Shown here: in pieces, positions 28,373-38,381 of the stretch
How the letters are laid out: each line of letters begins with the position of its first letter
Numbering within the stretch: position 1 is the first letter of the stretch
Sequence record: PZ445443.1
Source: a phage
Length of the DNA stretch: 64,000 nucleotides
Strand: one strand, 5' to 3'
Program-made: the position numbers and the translations under genes
Notes under the pieces: generated by a model
Seen by the model: only the letters and a program-made list of their open reading frames with translations
Database searches by the model: none
What the model was told of the DNA's origin: nothing

Positions 28373-28609
28373 TCAGTCACTGTTACCATTCTTATCTGCC
28401 TCCTTCATTTTTCTGACGGTTTTACAGTGATCTACCAAGCACATAACAACAATGAAGAGAACGACAGGCCAAAAAGGTGCGGCAGTGATTATAATTATAA
28501 AGTCGTCAAACTTCACCCTTCGTGTGAACACGATGCATACACCTGTCAAGAATACAGCCGTTATAACGGCTATTACCAGGTAACCTATTAGCACAACATT
28601 TATACTCAT
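28373..28609 (-). CDS. membrane protein (two TM helices)
   Basis: 78 aa, two hydrophobic helices. Confidence 0.5.
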   Translation of the reverse strand: MSINVVLIGYLVIAVITAVFLTGVCIVFTRRVKFDDFIIIITAAPFWPVVLFIVVMCLVDHCKTVRKMKEADKNGNSD

Positions 28610-28639
28610 TAGTCCTCCCTTTGTAGGTTAAATTATATA

Positions 28640-29173
28640 CTACAGATGGTTGCTGATGGTGTCAAGAAAATTATCTCGTTCTTTCTCGGAGTTTTCACGG
28701 GTGTAGCTGAAAAACATATCTAGAATAACCTTATTGATATATTCCAGCTCCTCTGTGTTCAGGTACTTAGCAGGATCTACAATGACATCCCAAATATCAT
28801 ACAGACCACACTCATGATATCCATAACGCCACTCAATTGTCAAGCTGAGCGGCAAATCTTTACCGTCACAAACAACCTTCCATCTACATATGTTGGTATC
28901 TGGGCGTATCTGTGCACGGTATACCTGTACAAAATCCAATTTGAATTTGAGGTATTCGTCATGCAATTTAAGCACAAAGCTCTCGATTTGTGGAGACACT
29001 TTTGCAGCAAACTGTGCGTATTTGTATTTGCACTGGATGATCTTTCTGCGTTTTGCAGTTAAATTTTTTGCCGCCAGTTGTTCTTCAGTGTATCTCCACC
29101 TACGATCAATAAACGCAACAGGGTCTTTGTCCCCATAGAGGTCTTCCCAGTTAATCAGAAGCATACCTGTCAC
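28640..29173 (-). CDS. hypothetical protein
   Basis: 177 aa ORF. Confidence 0.55.
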   Translation of the reverse strand: MTGMLLINWEDLYGDKDPVAFIDRRWRYTEEQLAAKNLTAKRRKIIQCKYKYAQFAAKVSPQIESFVLKLHDEYLKFKLDFVQVYRAQIRPDTNICRWKVVCDGKDLPLSLTIEWRYGYHECGLYDIWDVIVDPAKYLNTEELEYINKVILDMFFSYTRENSEKERDNFLDTISNHL

Positions 29174-29403
29174 TCCTCCACAACTTCAAGGCCTTTGCCG
29201 CCTCGCTCTGGCAGATTACTTAAAGACAGGTAATACGTATAGTCAGGAGAGATCCTGCCAGACTCTGCACCTGCAGCTAGTAAATCTTTTCCCTTAACCA
29301 TGACAGCATTATCGTTTGCAGATAGTCGTTTTGCTTCCACAATTTTACCAACGCAGTCAACCAAGGAAGGGTACCCTAAATCTGTAAGAAATTTAACTTT
29401 CAT
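29170..29403 (-). CDS. small protein, VKG-DL-AGA motif family
   Basis: MKVKFLTD start; motif VMVKGKDLLAAGAE; ends LEVVEE. Confidence 0.5.
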   Translation of the reverse strand: MKVKFLTDLGYPSLVDCVGKIVEAKRLSANDNAVMVKGKDLLAAGAESGRISPDYTYYLSLSNLPERGGKGLEVVEE

Positions 29404-29442
29404 GCTACCTCCTACTTCTACCGTCCCTGGTAAGATAAATTA

Positions 29443-29841
29443 TTACTGAACAGAGCGCGGAGCTGGGAAGGATAACTCTTCTAAAGAGAAGATTTCATTT
29501 CCCACAATCCATGTTGCAGGATCATCTGGGTTGACTGGATAGATAATCATCACCTCGTCAGTGTTACATACCCGCTTTTTACCTGTGGAGTCATCAGCAA
29601 CCAGCATGCGCGGTTCTTCAGAAATGCACAGGTAGCCTCCTCGGCCCACTGTTCCTTCCACAGGGTCTTGTCCTTTGATCACGATGATTATCTTCTCTCC
29701 TGAGGCGATATTACCTTGCACACTCACCGTTTGACCAACCTTGGATGTGCCAATCTTAGTGACTTCGAACATTACATCCCGAATTACTGTTGCATAATCG
29801 CCAGACACTTTCTTACCTTCTTTAGTGATCTCAATCTTCAT
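29443..29841 (-). CDS. hypothetical protein (MKIEIT start)
   Basis: 132 aa ORF. Confidence 0.5.
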   Translation of the reverse strand: MKIEITKEGKKVSGDYATVIRDVMFEVTKIGTSKVGQTVSVQGNIASGEKIIIVIKGQDPVEGTVGRGGYLCISEEPRMLVADDSTGKKRVCNTDEVMIIYPVNPDDPATWIVGNEIFSLEELSFPAPRSVQ

Positions 29842-30077
29842 ACACTAGGCTCCTTAAATGAATCTATGTAATCAATTAAATCCCAAGCATCCCTATGACC
29901 TGTCAGAGGGTATACTTCTCCAAGAGGGATCATAGCAATAAGCCTATCAAAAACCCAATCTGGACGCAACATTTTATGATGATATTCCCACTCACCTTCT
30001 ACAGATTTTTTCTGAGTGATCAGAATCTCTGTGTAGTGTTTTGCCTGTCTTGAGTAAATTGAAAATGACTTATACAT
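29838..30077 (-). CDS. hypothetical protein
   Basis: Trimmed to ATG (MYKSF) with AGAGGGGGG RBS. Confidence 0.45.
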   Translation of the reverse strand: MYKSFSIYSRQAKHYTEILITQKKSVEGEWEYHHKMLRPDWVFDRLIAMIPLGEVYPLTGHRDAWDLIDYIDSFKEPSV

Positions 30078-30113
30078 AGATGACCCCCCTCTTGTTGAAA
30101 ACAAAATACACTA

Positions 30114-30398
30114 CTACCAAGTCACTGTCAAGTAGGCAACCGTGTTATTTTTCTCCGGAGAGATGCCAACAACATCCACCTGCAGACCTCCTGCCCTCAA
30201 ATCCCCAACAATGTGTGGGAAGTAGTCTGAGAGGTGTGATGGGAGATTTATCGAAAATCCGCATCCCAGAAAGCCTGCTACCGCTTTATTTTGTATCTCC
30301 CCTACAATCGCATCATAAATAGAGTTAAGCTCGTCAGGAAGCGTTACAGGGCGTTTTAGCGCTAACTGGTGCAACTTGTCCTTAGCACTCATTTTCAT
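30114..30398 (-). CDS. hypothetical protein
   Basis: Trimmed to ATG forming ATGA overlap with the methyltransferase stop. Confidence 0.45.
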   Translation of the reverse strand: MKMSAKDKLHQLALKRPVTLPDELNSIYDAIVGEIQNKAVAGFLGCGFSINLPSHLSDYFPHIVGDLRAGGLQVDVVGISPEKNNTVAYLTVTW

Positions 30399-30928
30399 TT
30401 CAAGTCTGCCTCTGGAGGTGCCAACCACATAAATGGCGGCAGGTCTAAACGGTTCTTCTTGTCCCACACAAAATATGCATATGCTTGCCCGTCAGTTCTG
30501 CCATTCGATTGGAATGATGGACGCTTAGATATTGTGATCACAGTGGTAGGTGCATTATCAAGCCACCATTCAAATCTGGCTTTGCTTTCCAGAAAATTAA
30601 GACGCAAAAGCATAATAACTACGTCAGCATCTTTCAACGCCTTGTCTACAAACTCACGAGCCAAGCTGTACGGTGGGTTGGTGATAATACAGTCAACATG
30701 GTTGTATTCTGTATTCAGATAGTCAACACCTTCTTGGATTTCTCCCCATGCAGATCCTAACGGCATACGGGAGTAGAACACGCCTGAGGCGCTATTTCTG
30801 CAAGGCTCCAAATAGGTCCAATCTTCTGGGAACGGAATGAGGTCATACAGCCCTTCTGCACACCACTCCGGTGTCACATACTCATCGTAGGCGTTACGTT
30901 GTTCATCAGGTTTTCTAGCACAAGTCAT
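30395..30928 (-). CDS. DNA N6-adenine methyltransferase (NPPY motif)
   Basis: Catalytic motif IITNPPYS. Confidence 0.7.
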   Translation of the reverse strand: MTCARKPDEQRNAYDEYVTPEWCAEGLYDLIPFPEDWTYLEPCRNSASGVFYSRMPLGSAWGEIQEGVDYLNTEYNHVDCIITNPPYSLAREFVDKALKDADVVIMLLRLNFLESKARFEWWLDNAPTTVITISKRPSFQSNGRTDGQAYAYFVWDKKNRLDLPPFMWLAPPEADLK

Positions 30929-30939
30929 GCAAATCTCCA

Positions 30940-30968
30940 GATCATAAAAGCCCTCCGAAGAGGGCTTT
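30940..30968 (-). terminator. terminator-like hairpin (minus strand)
   Basis: AAAGCCCTC-ttcg-GAGGGCTTT followed on minus strand by TTTTATGAT. Confidence 0.45.
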
Positions 30969-30979
30969 AGAATTAATGT

Positions 30980-32029
30980 TTAAGCTTCTTCGACAATTCC
31001 TGCGCCCAGGATTTTTTCATTAAGCTCTTTTGCTGTTTTAATAATATTGTCCACCAGACGCTTGCGAGTCTTATCTTTCACCTGAACTTCTTCACCTCCG
31101 TTCAGGGTAGTTTTCAATTGGGACAAAATGTCCTGAAGCTCTACCACAGAGAATCGCTGCAGATCTTCCGAGGTAATCTCACCTAGTGCAATCTTAACGG
31201 TCTCACCACTCTCCATCTGCAGATTCAGGAACACAGTGTGAACATCACCTTTCATACCATTTTCTTTTGCAGACTCAACAGCATGAACCAGCTCGTCCAA
31301 AGATGTGCATTGGTGAATCTCTGGAAGGCCTGCTTCACCTAACACACCTTCTTCATCGCTTTTTTCCAAAAGCTTTTTCGGTTTCTGTCCATTCTGAATG
31401 CGCTGAATGTTTTCATCGTCCAAGATGATAGCACCAGTTCTAGATGCCAGCTCTTCTCCATCCAACCACACTTCGCCACCAGCTGTGATTGATGCAATCT
31501 CATCTTCTGTTAGCACTCCACCATAGTATTTTTCAATCAGGCGTTCAAAACGTTTCTTCCAGTAGTTGACCTGGGTATTCATGTTCACACCATTGCCATA
31601 AGTACCGCCTTGATAGTAGTGGAACATAAATTCTGTGTCCGGAGCCACAGTCCGTTCTTTGCAACCCAGCCATAAGATTGTTCCTGCTGAGCAGCACATC
31701 CCTTCAGCGTGTACGACAACGCTTGCCTGAGACTCTCGGAATGCCTGCAAATACGCCATAGCAATGTGAACGCAACCACCAGGACTGTTAATGATTACAC
31801 GAATGCTTTCTTCCGGCTGAGCCATACGGATCGTCTGCAGACGAGACATATGATCTTGTAAGTCTTCCAAATCGTCGATATAAAGAACGTGGTCAACAAC
31901 AGGCGTTGGGTAGCTGTATGTTTCCATAATACCACCCGGCATACCAAACATTTTATTACTCATAGGTTCGAAACCGTTCTGTTTTTCTTTCATGCCGTGT
32001 ACCATGGTTCTGCGAGGTGTTAAATTCAT
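30980..32029 (-). CDS. ClpP-like serine protease (S14-like) with C-terminal extension
   Basis: INSPGG motif and serine motif CCSAGT typical of the ClpP family. Confidence 0.65.
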   Translation of the reverse strand: MNLTPRRTMVHGMKEKQNGFEPMSNKMFGMPGGIMETYSYPTPVVDHVLYIDDLEDLQDHMSRLQTIRMAQPEESIRVIINSPGGCVHIAMAYLQAFRESQASVVVHAEGMCCSAGTILWLGCKERTVAPDTEFMFHYYQGGTYGNGVNMNTQVNYWKKRFERLIEKYYGGVLTEDEIASITAGGEVWLDGEELASRTGAIILDDENIQRIQNGQKPKKLLEKSDEEGVLGEAGLPEIHQCTSLDELVHAVESAKENGMKGDVHTVFLNLQMESGETVKIALGEITSEDLQRFSVVELQDILSQLKTTLNGGEEVQVKDKTRKRLVDNIIKTAKELNEKILGAGIVEEA

Positions 32030-32089
32030 GAGAAATCCTTAATATTGGAAGTTGAAAGCTATTTATTTAAACCTGATTAACATTTACCT

Positions 32090-32401
32090 TTATTTAGCAA
32101 TCACTATAGAATACTTACGATTGTCAGAAGCATCCCAGCTCAATGATTGCCAGTCTACCACATACCACGTATCATTGTCAACAATTACTTTATCGCCTGT
32201 TCTGTAGCAGGTGCTGCTTTCAATAATCCGAGACTCGATAAAGAATCTGTGTCTGCGCTCACGTAGCAACGCTAAGTTGATTATATTACCACCACTGTCC
32301 TTGATCCACACATTCTTGGATCCTTTATTTGCCAAAATTGTCTCGCCGTTATAGACAAACAGGCAGTATATTTTATTCAGTCTCTCTTGTATTGTAGCCA
32401 T
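32090..32401 (-). CDS. hypothetical protein
   Basis: 103 aa ORF. Confidence 0.5.
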   Translation of the reverse strand: MATIQERLNKIYCLFVYNGETILANKGSKNVWIKDSGGNIINLALLRERRHRFFIESRIIESSTCYRTGDKVIVDNDTWYVVDWQSLSWDASDNRKYSIVIAK

Positions 32402-32504
32402 ACTATTTCCTTCTCCTTGTCTTGTCCGATAATAATATCTAAAGCTTACCTGTTTGTCAACAACTGTTTTAGATATTTAAGGGTGGAATAACCACCCTTC
32501 TGTA

Positions 32505-33293
32505 TTACTCAGAAACAGGGGTCCAAATATGATTTGCACGATCCTCAATAAGATTGAGTGCAATCTGACGACCCAACCCGGAACGAACGACATCGTCTGG
32601 ACTATCAAAGCTGATCATTCCAACCTCAGGATCTGGATGACGAGTAAAGAAATCCGTCACCCATGCAAGGCCAGATTTACCAGGGATGTCACGTTGGCTA
32701 TTATCGCCCATAATTACAAGGGTGGCCTGATCAGAGATCCTTGTGATAATTGACAACATTTCTTCAGGGTTAGTTTGCTGTGCCTCGTCAATCAGGACAA
32801 AGCATCGCTCATCGAAACTACGACCACGAATGCTTTCAACTTCACAAATCTCGATACGGCTGTTCTGACCGTCTCCCAGCATTGCGGCAAAAGCACCTTT
32901 GCCAACACGACGACAAATCGTGTCCATCATACTACGAAGGTAAGGCCAAAGCTTCTGCATTGACGTTCCCGGTTTGTATCCGCTTGATTTTCCGGTCTGT
33001 ACATAAGGACGTGCAACAATGATCTTATCAATCTCATTCTTACGCAGAAGATCACCTGCATATGCAGATGCCATGAATGTCTTACCGGATCCAAACACAC
33101 CGTTTACAATAATAATCTTACGTGACCCTAGATAATCAAGATACTTTTGCTGCTTTTTATTCATTGGTCGGAGAGCTGGAGCGGTGTGCTCTCGTTCGTC
33201 AGCAAATTTCTCAGCAGCCTTACGCAGGCGATCAGATTTGCGAGCCTCTCTAGCTTCATCACGCATGCGTTTTGTTTCTTTAGCTCGACCCAT
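32505..33293 (-). CDS. phoH: PhoH-like ATPase
   Basis: Walker A GVFGSGKTF plus PhoH-like downstream segments. Confidence 0.7.
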   Translation of the reverse strand: MGRAKETKRMRDEAREARKSDRLRKAAEKFADEREHTAPALRPMNKKQQKYLDYLGSRKIIIVNGVFGSGKTFMASAYAGDLLRKNEIDKIIVARPYVQTGKSSGYKPGTSMQKLWPYLRSMMDTICRRVGKGAFAAMLGDGQNSRIEICEVESIRGRSFDERCFVLIDEAQQTNPEEMLSIITRISDQATLVIMGDNSQRDIPGKSGLAWVTDFFTRHPDPEVGMISFDSPDDVVRSGLGRQIALNLIEDRANHIWTPVSE

Positions 33294-33331
33294 GTTGGGA
33301 CTCCTTTCAGATTGAGATGTGCCAAGTACTT

Positions 33332-33682
33332 TTACTGCAACAGTTTTTCAATAGCCGCTTCCATGCTGCTTGCAACAGCCTGAACTCGGATATTCATCTC
33401 TTCTTGGTGGATCAGCTCCTTAAGCTCTTTAATGGTAAATTCTTTAGAGAAACCTTCCACCATAATCTTGTGCAAGGCTTCTTGCGTATCTACTTGCAAG
33501 AACTTTTCCAGTTTGTTGGCAGAGGCTTCTAAATCAGCCCGAATACGAGGGTCATCTGTGCGATTCAGCATTAGACGTAAGCCATCAAGATTAGTAGAAA
33601 TAGCGTCTGCATGTTGAGTAACTAACCGTGGCAAAATGAGATCTACAAACTTATTAGCCAAATCGATACGTTCTTGTGTCAC
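33332..33682 (-). CDS. hypothetical protein
   Basis: 116 aa ORF. Confidence 0.5.
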   Translation of the reverse strand: MTQERIDLANKFVDLILPRLVTQHADAISTNLDGLRLMLNRTDDPRIRADLEASANKLEKFLQVDTQEALHKIMVEGFSKEFTIKELKELIHQEEMNIRVQAVASSMEAAIEKLLQ

Positions 33683-33792
33683 TGTTGCACCCCCTCTTCA
33701 TCCTCATGATATTTCTTTTCACGCTTGTGTTTTTTCTTAAGCTCAAGCGCAATCTCTTTTTTGTACGCCTTCTTCAAGGCTTTTTTAGCCAT
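33679..33792 (-). CDS. small basic protein (37 aa)
   Basis: ATG with AGAGGAGGTG RBS; ATGA overlap with downstream gene; K/R-rich; not in ORF track. Confidence 0.35.
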   Translation of the reverse strand: MAKKALKKAYKKEIALELKKKHKREKKYHEDEEGVQQ

Positions 33793-33854
33793 TTGGCACC
33801 TCCTCTGCTCTTATTACGCTAATTATAACCAACTTAACAAAGCTTTGTCAACGA

Positions 33855-34328
33855 TTAGTCAACCTGAACCCAACCATCCGCTACCTTTTTAAACATTCTT
33901 TGGTTATCACTACCTCTGAATGGTTTTTTGGTGGGGTTATCTTTTTCGTACTTACCATCCATAATGTAATCGACACTATCTTTAATGTAATCTGGGACTT
34001 CTTCAAACAAATACCCTGTGTACACCCAGATAGTTTTTGTGTTGCCGAAGCGTTCACGGATAGCGAGAATGATCGAGTACATACCATCGATATTGTAAGG
34101 CGCTAAAGGTTCGCCACCACACAATGTAACTCCGGTAATATGTTTCGGCTCTATAGAGTGAAGTATACTCTCAATTGTGTCATTTGTTAACGGTTCCCCT
34201 TTAGCGGGTGACCAAACACTTTTGTTTTGGCAACCAACGCAGTGATGTGGACAACCAGAACAGAACACCGTTGTCCTAATGCCTGGGCCGTCAACCATGC
34301 TACACTCTATAATATTAACAACATTCAT
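33855..34328 (-). CDS. nrdG: anaerobic ribonucleotide reductase activating protein (radical SAM)
   Basis: CxxxCxxC radical-SAM motif (CSGCPHHCVGC); adjacent to nrdD. Confidence 0.8.
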   Translation of the reverse strand: MNVVNIIECSMVDGPGIRTTVFCSGCPHHCVGCQNKSVWSPAKGEPLTNDTIESILHSIEPKHITGVTLCGGEPLAPYNIDGMYSIILAIRERFGNTKTIWVYTGYLFEEVPDYIKDSVDYIMDGKYEKDNPTKKPFRGSDNQRMFKKVADGWVQVD

Positions 34329-34561
34329 TCCTTATCCTCTTTGAGGTAGGGATATTCAGGCCCACAATAAGCTCTATCTAAGAAAACAGCTTCTTCCCCT
34401 CTGGAATCAGTAGATCTATAATACCCATCCCCATGGTAACTAACGAACCAGTAGCACCCATCATCGCTTTCTACTGTTGTGGCTCTGTCCGAATGAAAGA
34501 TAATTTCGTAATCCTTACCGAATGTAAACCATCTGTTAGCTTTTACACAGACACCTATCAT
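34325..34561 (-). CDS. hypothetical protein
   Basis: 78 aa ORF. Confidence 0.45.
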   Translation of the reverse strand: MIGVCVKANRWFTFGKDYEIIFHSDRATTVESDDGCYWFVSYHGDGYYRSTDSRGEEAVFLDRAYCGPEYPYLKEDKE

Positions 34562-34712
34562 AAGGAACCTCTCTTCTGTGGTGTGCTTCTATTCAAGATA
34601 AACCTATAAAAGTCCATTTGATGAAGCCGTATAACTTTTTATACTTACGCTTCAGTGCTAACAATTTTATCTTGATTTTCTTGATAGATTTCCGCATTTC
34701 GCCCCCTTATGC

Positions 34713-34829
34713 TTATAAGTACTCCGCATCGCATTCAGGGCAATGCCAAATAAAATCGTCCAGTGCCTTGCACCAACGAAGATTGCAACGACAACCACAC
34801 TTGCAAATTTTATAAATACCTTTAGACAT
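34713..34829 (-). CDS. Cys-rich zinc-ribbon microprotein (38 aa)
   Basis: ATG with AGGAGG RBS 8 nt upstream; CKCGCRC...CPEC; replaces track ORF 34667..34903 in another frame. Confidence 0.35.
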   Translation of the reverse strand: MSKGIYKICKCGCRCNLRWCKALDDFIWHCPECDAEYL

Positions 34830-34890
34830 ACTGTACCTCCTAGTTCACTGTGCCAACAATATGCCACATCCTTGTGGCTTTTGTCAAGTA

Positions 34891-37014
34891 TCAGCAACCA
34901 CAACTTCCGTAGTGCTTAACCCGTTCTATAACTTCCGCTTGCTTACCTTTATTGTAAGGACGGGAGTTAGGACTGGAAAGGTATCCAGACACACGTCGAA
35001 TTACGCTGATCGTTCCCTCTTCATGGTTTCCACACTCTGGGCATACAAAGCCTTTAGCTGTTGCACTGAACTCACCAGAGAAACCACACTTGAGACATTT
35101 ATCCACAGGCTGGTTGATACCAAAATACATAATGTGTTTATATCCGAAATCAACAAGAGCTTCCAAAGCATCTAAGTTGTTTTTCAGATTTGGTGTCTCT
35201 ACGTATCCGATGTTGCCACCAGAGGAGATCATAGCAAAACCTTCCTCATACTCCCACTTATCAAAAGGAGAGCTATTGATCCATACTGGCTGATGGAAAC
35301 TGTTGGTGAGATATTCATGCTCGTGCTTCAACACTTCCGGATATTCACGATCCAGACAGGTTGCAGCTTTATAGCATAGACTCTCAGAAGGAGTGCCGTA
35401 CAAGCTAAATGCTAGTCTACTTTCCTTCTTGTATCGCTCACAAGCATCTCTCATGTGCTGAAGTATTCCAAGAGCTAAAGCCTTGTCACCCTCCCTGCCC
35501 AAAATCTGACAGGTTTCATACACACCAATATACCCAATACTGATGGAAGCGTACCCGTCATAGAAGAGTTTATCAATACTCTCTTCAGGATCCAGGCGAG
35601 CAAGAGCGCCTTCACACCACATGATGGGGTTCTGCCCTGCCTTTGTTCCTTTTAGACGGTTAACCCTTACAAGGTGAGCCTCGTATGCAAGATTCAGGTA
35701 TTCGTCAAGAACTGCAAAGAAATCAACACCTTCCGTTTTAGCTTTTGCCGCAATCATTGGCAGGTTAAGGCTAACAACGCCTAAGTTAAATCTGCCAAGG
35801 TATTTCTCCTCGCCTGTTTCCAAGTCATTGTATTTGCTAAGAAAACTCCGGCAACCCATGCTCGTTACTTTGCCATCTGTCGAGCCTGTCACTTTACTAT
35901 TTAGTGGAACAGAAACAAAGTCAGGATAAATCCGCTCTGCAGAGCATTCCAGAGCTAATCGTTTCAAATCATAGTTGGGATCTCCAGGGCTCATGTTGAC
36001 ACCCTCTTCTAGGAAGAACAGCACTTTAGGGAACACAGGTGTGATACGTTCTTCACCAAGACCCATTTTGTGGACTTTCAAGTAGTTTTTGGTAATCATT
36101 CTACCAAAGACCGAGGTATCCAGTCCTAAACTTAATGTGATGAATGGAGTTTGCCCGTTGACAGAGGTTAACGTATTGATTTGATATAGCAAAGTCTGCA
36201 TGCTGTCAAATACGTCTTTATCTGTCATTTGCATTGCAACAGTCTCAGCATCTGGCAACCAGTGTTCCTGGCAAAATTTAAGGTTCTTCTCATAGGTCGC
36301 CTCAGCATACTGTGCCAGATAATGATCAATATGGCTCATAGTCTGACCCCCATATTGAGCACTAGCTACTGCACTAGAGATTTGGCTAAGGATTGTTGTT
36401 GCAACCCCTATTGACTTCGGCTTACTGACATGGGCGTTACCAATGTTGAATCCGTTTTCCAACATATCTGGATAATTTACCAAACAACAGTTTGTTAACG
36501 GACTGATCAAGTAGTCAAGATCATGCACATGGATGAAGCCTTTATTGTGCTCTTCTGAGACACGGTCTGGCAGGATCTGTGTTGATGCAAGGTGTTTGCT
36601 AAGGATGCCTGCAAGCAGGTCACGATGAGTGTGTACATGATTGGTAGGCTTATTTGCGTTTTCTTTTGTAAATTCATCACAAGTTCGATCCAAGAAGCCA
36701 CTAATATCTGCAAGCAGTTTTCCACCTGCCTCTCTGTTATTATCTCTTGTCTGTCTATACTGGATGTATTCTCTGGCTGCACATTTTAAACCCATATCCA
36801 TAAGAGCATCTTCAACAAGGATATGGATATTTTTTACAGAGATCGTGCACTGATCGGTTGGTAGATTGTTAGCAACAACTTCATTAACCGCACAAGCGAT
36901 CCGGTAAGCTTCTTCTTCAGTATGTCCAGACTCAAGTAAGGCGGACTCTGCCGCCTTGATCACCTTAATTCCGTTATAGACCTCTTCTCTACCGTCCCGT
37001 TTTACAACTTTCAC
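34891..37014 (-). CDS. nrdD: anaerobic ribonucleoside-triphosphate reductase
   Basis: 707 aa; C-terminal glycyl-radical motif RRVSGYL and Zn-ribbon cysteines. Confidence 0.85.
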   Translation of the reverse strand: MKVVKRDGREEVYNGIKVIKAAESALLESGHTEEEAYRIACAVNEVVANNLPTDQCTISVKNIHILVEDALMDMGLKCAAREYIQYRQTRDNNREAGGKLLADISGFLDRTCDEFTKENANKPTNHVHTHRDLLAGILSKHLASTQILPDRVSEEHNKGFIHVHDLDYLISPLTNCCLVNYPDMLENGFNIGNAHVSKPKSIGVATTILSQISSAVASAQYGGQTMSHIDHYLAQYAEATYEKNLKFCQEHWLPDAETVAMQMTDKDVFDSMQTLLYQINTLTSVNGQTPFITLSLGLDTSVFGRMITKNYLKVHKMGLGEERITPVFPKVLFFLEEGVNMSPGDPNYDLKRLALECSAERIYPDFVSVPLNSKVTGSTDGKVTSMGCRSFLSKYNDLETGEEKYLGRFNLGVVSLNLPMIAAKAKTEGVDFFAVLDEYLNLAYEAHLVRVNRLKGTKAGQNPIMWCEGALARLDPEESIDKLFYDGYASISIGYIGVYETCQILGREGDKALALGILQHMRDACERYKKESRLAFSLYGTPSESLCYKAATCLDREYPEVLKHEHEYLTNSFHQPVWINSSPFDKWEYEEGFAMISSGGNIGYVETPNLKNNLDALEALVDFGYKHIMYFGINQPVDKCLKCGFSGEFSATAKGFVCPECGNHEEGTISVIRRVSGYLSSPNSRPYNKGKQAEVIERVKHYGSCGC

Positions 37015-37289
37015 TTTTTCTCTCCAAAACCATTCTTAACAAAAGAGATGAAATCGTCGGCACCGCCTATATGGACACTTTCAAGATTGCTTTCTAAGAA
37101 GATCTGCGGCAACGTTCTGGGTACGATTGGACTGCACTTCTCAATAAGCTCTTCTTTTGTGTAACCCTCGCCAAGTGTCTTATATACAAAAGGCAGACCT
37201 TTACTGACTGCAAATTCTTTTGCTCTTACACAATGTGGGCAGTTATCTTTACCGTAAATAATAAAGAAAAAAGATTTTTCACAGCTCAT
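37011..37289 (-). CDS. glutaredoxin/NrdH-like redoxin
   Basis: CPHC active-site motif; between nrdD and nrdB. Confidence 0.65.
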   Translation of the reverse strand: MSCEKSFFFIIYGKDNCPHCVRAKEFAVSKGLPFVYKTLGEGYTKEELIEKCSPIVPRTLPQIFLESNLESVHIGGADDFISFVKNGFGEKK

Positions 37290-37292
37290 GTA

Positions 37293-38381
37293 TTAAAACT
37301 CCCAAATTTCTTCTTCAGCGTCATTAACAGTTGTGTTGACGCGGTAGTCAGTGTTCGACATTTCTTGGTTCGCCGTCTGTTGCAATGAAGGTTTCATCCA
37401 CACCTGCATAAACGGTAGAGGGTCCTTTGTTGGCGGCACAAAGTCTTTGTCGATGCCGTAGTAATCATAAATCGGTGAGCAGTTATAGTCAACCCATTCT
37501 TTAAGCAACGGTGAGTTAAGACCTATAATCGCTCTTCCTTCGCTGAAAATATAGTCACTCCAACCGTACTCTTTGGTTCGTACTTCATCAAGAATCTCTT
37601 TTAACTCCCCTTTTATCTCAAGGAAGCTTTTCTCCCATGCTGGATCATTAAGCAGGATATCAATGATGGCAAAATCACCTTTCGAGTGTAGCATTTCGTC
37701 AAGCATGATTTTTTGAACAAGCTGCGCCACCTGAACAAAAATACCCTGTTCAGCTACTGCGAAAGTGCATGCAAAACTTGCAATAAACTCAATACTCTCC
37801 AGAGCTAAAAGTGCAAAAAGCGCTCTAAGAATGCATTTCCGCACAACATCTTCTTCAACACTAGAAGGATCCAGTCGGTATTTTGCACCAATAACCTCAA
37901 GCTCTTGCATATATTTGACAATAACGCCGGATCTGCTCAGAACGTTTTGGTTTTCCTGAATCTCTTCTATAATCTCACGGGCATTGGGGAGGCATTGTCT
38001 AACAATCTCTGAGTAAGTTAGTGCGTGAAGAACTTCAATCTCTGACTGTTTCATCAATAGAGTGAAAAGCTCACTATTGGTGATAAATGGTGAAAACAGA
38101 CAAATGATAGATCTTGCCGCAACGCTATCAGCCTCCCATTGCCACATCAAGGTCTGCACCATCACGTCATAAGTTGACTTTGAGCATGTTACAAAATCTG
38201 AAATAGATTGCGACAAATCCACTTCATCCTCTGCCCAGTCTTGTTCTTTTTGTTTTTTGTATAGTTCAAACAGTTGTGGATATTTTTTGTTGATAGAGTC
38301 GTACATACCCATTTGCTGTCCCAGAAACAGCGGATAGTCACCAGTTTTATGAGCGGTGTTCTCAGCATTAAATACAGCCAT
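37293..38381 (-). CDS. nrdB: ribonucleotide reductase small subunit (class I beta)
   Basis: 362 aa ferritin-like ORF immediately downstream of nrdA. Confidence 0.7.
   Translation of the reverse strand: MAVFNAENTAHKTGDYPLFLGQQMGMYDSINKKYPQLFELYKKQKEQDWAEDEVDLSQSISDFVTCSKSTYDVMVQTLMWQWEADSVAARSIICLFSPFITNSELFTLLMKQSEIEVLHALTYSEIVRQCLPNAREIIEEIQENQNVLSRSGVIVKYMQELEVIGAKYRLDPSSVEEDVVRKCILRALFALLALESIEFIASFACTFAVAEQGIFVQVAQLVQKIMLDEMLHSKGDFAIIDILLNDPAWEKSFLEIKGELKEILDEVRTKEYGWSDYIFSEGRAIIGLNSPLLKEWVDYNCSPIYDYYGIDKDFVPPTKDPLPFMQVWMKPSLQQTANQEMSNTDYRVNTTVNDAEEEIWEF

Noticed and set aside
34667-34903. Track ORF (78 aa) between nrdG and nrdD
   Set aside because: No RBS; a different-frame 38-aa zinc-ribbon ORF (34713..34829) has a strong AGGAGG RBS and is preferred.
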